This document shows, piece after piece, positions 62,281 through 64,000 of a stretch of 64,000 nt of DNA. The position numbers and the translations under genes were made by a program. Position 1 is the stretch's first letter, and every line of letters starts with the position of its first letter. The stretch is from Candidatus Wolfebacteria bacterium (GTDB taxonomy: Bacteria; Patescibacteriota; Minisyncoccia; UBA6257; UBA9933), in NCBI GenBank assembly GCA_016188075.1, contig JACPIO010000025.1:3579-67578 (forward strand). Direction: 5' to 3'. The notes under the pieces were generated by a model, which saw only the letters and a list, made by a program, of their open reading frames with translations, ran no database searches and had not been told where the DNA came from.

Positions 62281-63948
62281 ATGGCTAAGCAAATTATTTT
62301 TAACGAGGAAGCGCGAACGGCGCTCAAAAAAGGAATAGATAAATTGGCGGACGCGGTGCGGATGACTTTGGGTCCGAGAGGTCGGGCGGTCGTGATCGAA
62401 AAAGGCTACGGCGCGCCGCAGGTGACTTTTGACGGCGTCACCGTTGCCAAAGAAATCGAACTCGAAGGCAAATACGAAAATCTCGGAGCGGATTTTATCA
62501 AGCAAGCCGCCGAGAAAACCAATGATAACGTGGGCGACGGAACAACCACGGCCGTAGTTTTGGCGCACGCGATGATGGACGAAGGAGAGCGTTTGATCCG
62601 GGAAAAAGGCTTTAACGTCATCCAGCTGGCCGAGGAGCTGAAAAAGGCGAGCGATGTCATTGTGAAGAGTTTGGAAGCCCAGCGAGAGCTTATTAATGAA
62701 GTGAAGAAAATCAAAGAAGTGGCCACGCTCTCGGCTAAAGACGAGGCGATCGGAGAGCTGATTGCGAGTGTGATGGAAAAAGTGGACAAAGAAGGCGTGG
62801 TTACGGTTGAGGATTCAAACACCATTGGCAATTCTTACGAAATCGTGGAAGGATTGCAGTTTGATCGAGGCTACATTTCTCCGTATATGATGACCAATGC
62901 CGAGCGGATGGAGTCGGCGCTGGACGAGCCGTATATACTAGTTACCGACAAAAAAATTTCCGCTATCAACGAACTTTTGCCGCTTTTGGAAAAATTGGTT
63001 CAGGCCGGCAAAAAGGAATTGATGATTTTGGGCGAAGACGTTGAAGGCGAAGCCTTGGCCACATTAGTCGTCAATAAATTGCGGGGGATTTTTAATGTCT
63101 TGGCGGTCAAAGCGCCGGGGTTCGGCGATCGGAAAAAAGAAATGCTTGAGGATATTGCCATCGTGACCGGCGCGAAATTTATCTCCGAAGATTTGGGGAA
63201 AAAACTGGAAAATGTCGATTTGGGTGATTTGGGTCAGGCGCATCGGGTGGTGGCGAACAAAGACGCGACCACGATCGTTGGGGGAAAGGGGGATAAGCAG
63301 AAAATCGAGTCCCGCGTCCTGCAAATTCGGGCTCAAATAAAAGAAACCGATTCGGAATTCGATAAAGAAAAATTACAGGAGCGATTGGGAAAATTATCCG
63401 GCGGAGTGGCGGTTATCAAGGTCGGCGCGCCGACCGAGTCAGCTCAAAAAGAGTTGAAACAGCGGGTTGAGGATGCGGTGGCCGCGACTCGCGCCGCGAT
63501 GGAAGAAGGAATTGTGCCCGGTGGCGGCATCGCGCTTTTCAATGTCATTTCCGGAATTGACGCGCGTGAAAATTCTTCGAGCGATTCTCCGGTAAAGATT
63601 GCCACTCTCTCAATTTTGCGAAGAGCGTTGGGCGCGCCGCTTTCCGCCATTGTTTTAAACAGCGGCGAATCATCGAGCGCCGTCAGCAAAGATTTAACGG
63701 CCAAGAAAGAAGAACTCAAGGATATCTGGCTCGGTTTTAACGCGGTGACGAATAAAATCGTCAATCTCAAAGAAGCGGGCATTGTCGATCCTTTGAAAGT
63801 GGTAAGAAGCGCTTTTGTGAACGCGATTTCGGTGGCTGCCAATTATTTGACAGTCGGCGCGGCTATCACAGATTTGCCGGAGAAAAAAGAAAAGATGGGC
63901 GGCGGTATGCCGGGCATGGGCGGAATGGGAGGAGGAATGGACTACTAA
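62281..63948 (+). CDS. groEL: chaperonin GroEL
   Basis: 555 aa; AKQIIFNEEAR..., GDGTTTA, C-terminal GGM repeats. Confidence 0.95.
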   Translation: MAKQIIFNEEARTALKKGIDKLADAVRMTLGPRGRAVVIEKGYGAPQVTFDGVTVAKEIELEGKYENLGADFIKQAAEKTNDNVGDGTTTAVVLAHAMMDEGERLIREKGFNVIQLAEELKKASDVIVKSLEAQRELINEVKKIKEVATLSAKDEAIGELIASVMEKVDKEGVVTVEDSNTIGNSYEIVEGLQFDRGYISPYMMTNAERMESALDEPYILVTDKKISAINELLPLLEKLVQAGKKELMILGEDVEGEALATLVVNKLRGIFNVLAVKAPGFGDRKKEMLEDIAIVTGAKFISEDLGKKLENVDLGDLGQAHRVVANKDATTIVGGKGDKQKIESRVLQIRAQIKETDSEFDKEKLQERLGKLSGGVAVIKVGAPTESAQKELKQRVEDAVAATRAAMEEGIVPGGGIALFNVISGIDARENSSSDSPVKIATLSILRRALGAPLSAIVLNSGESSSAVSKDLTAKKEELKDIWLGFNAVTNKIVNLKEAGIVDPLKVVRSAFVNAISVAANYLTVGAAITDLPEKKEKMGGGMPGMGGMGGGMDY

Positions 63949-64000
63949 AGTTAGATTTCCCGCCTCTGGCGGAAAGAAGCAAGATTTAAGTCAAAAAACT

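Overview
This 64-kb window is mostly housekeeping genes. Gene content and organisation resemble a small-genome, monoderm, CPR/Patescibacteria-like organism; that placement is an inference from gene content only. Everything here was read by eye with no searches, so coordinates of non-coding elements are approximate to a few nt.

Genes present: a reduced dcw cluster (mraZ-rsmH-ftsL-ftsI-murF) followed by tRNAs, a complete F1Fo ATP synthase operon (atpBEFHAGDC), rplU, recR, ftsB-like, pgk, nrnA-like, dnaQ-like exonuclease, rnhA, RNase P RNA, lepA, a type IV pilus locus (pilins/pseudopilins, PilM-N fusion, PilO, PilB, PilC, PilA, two CheY-like regulators plus a PAS histidine kinase), two giant LamG/FN3 surface proteins, ppa, def-fmt, ctpA, rplI, rpmA, dsbA-like, rmuC and groES-groEL. 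Three tRNAs (Glu-CUC, Gly-CCC, Gln-CUG) and an AbrB-type antitoxin/Doc toxin pair are present. No CRISPR array was seen.

The unusual part is dense colonisation by small selfish elements and repeats:
- Two GxxExxY (PD-(D/E)XK-like) nuclease units are each flanked by inverted arrays of 8-11-bp periodic repeats. One is free-standing between def and fmt; one is fused in-frame inside lepA.
- A GIY-YIG gene with perfect 19-bp terminal inverted repeats sits inside the pilus operon. A four-helix-bundle (23S IVS protein) gene with 12-bp inverted repeats sits between mraZ and rsmH. A LAGLIDADG-like ORF sits between rnpB and lepA.
- Short palindromes and periodic repeat arrays (ACGAA / ACGCGGA / GAATTATGAA families) are inserted in-frame into pgk, rsmH, fmt and lepA, and into stem-loops of RNase P RNA.
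- A GC-rich tRNA-like inverted-repeat element is inserted in-frame in fmt.

Also notable: a ~650-nt structured GC-rich RNA after rplU, a ~170-nt structured RNA upstream of atpB, an odd nested tRNA-Glu locus, and a frameshift in murF at a T7 run.
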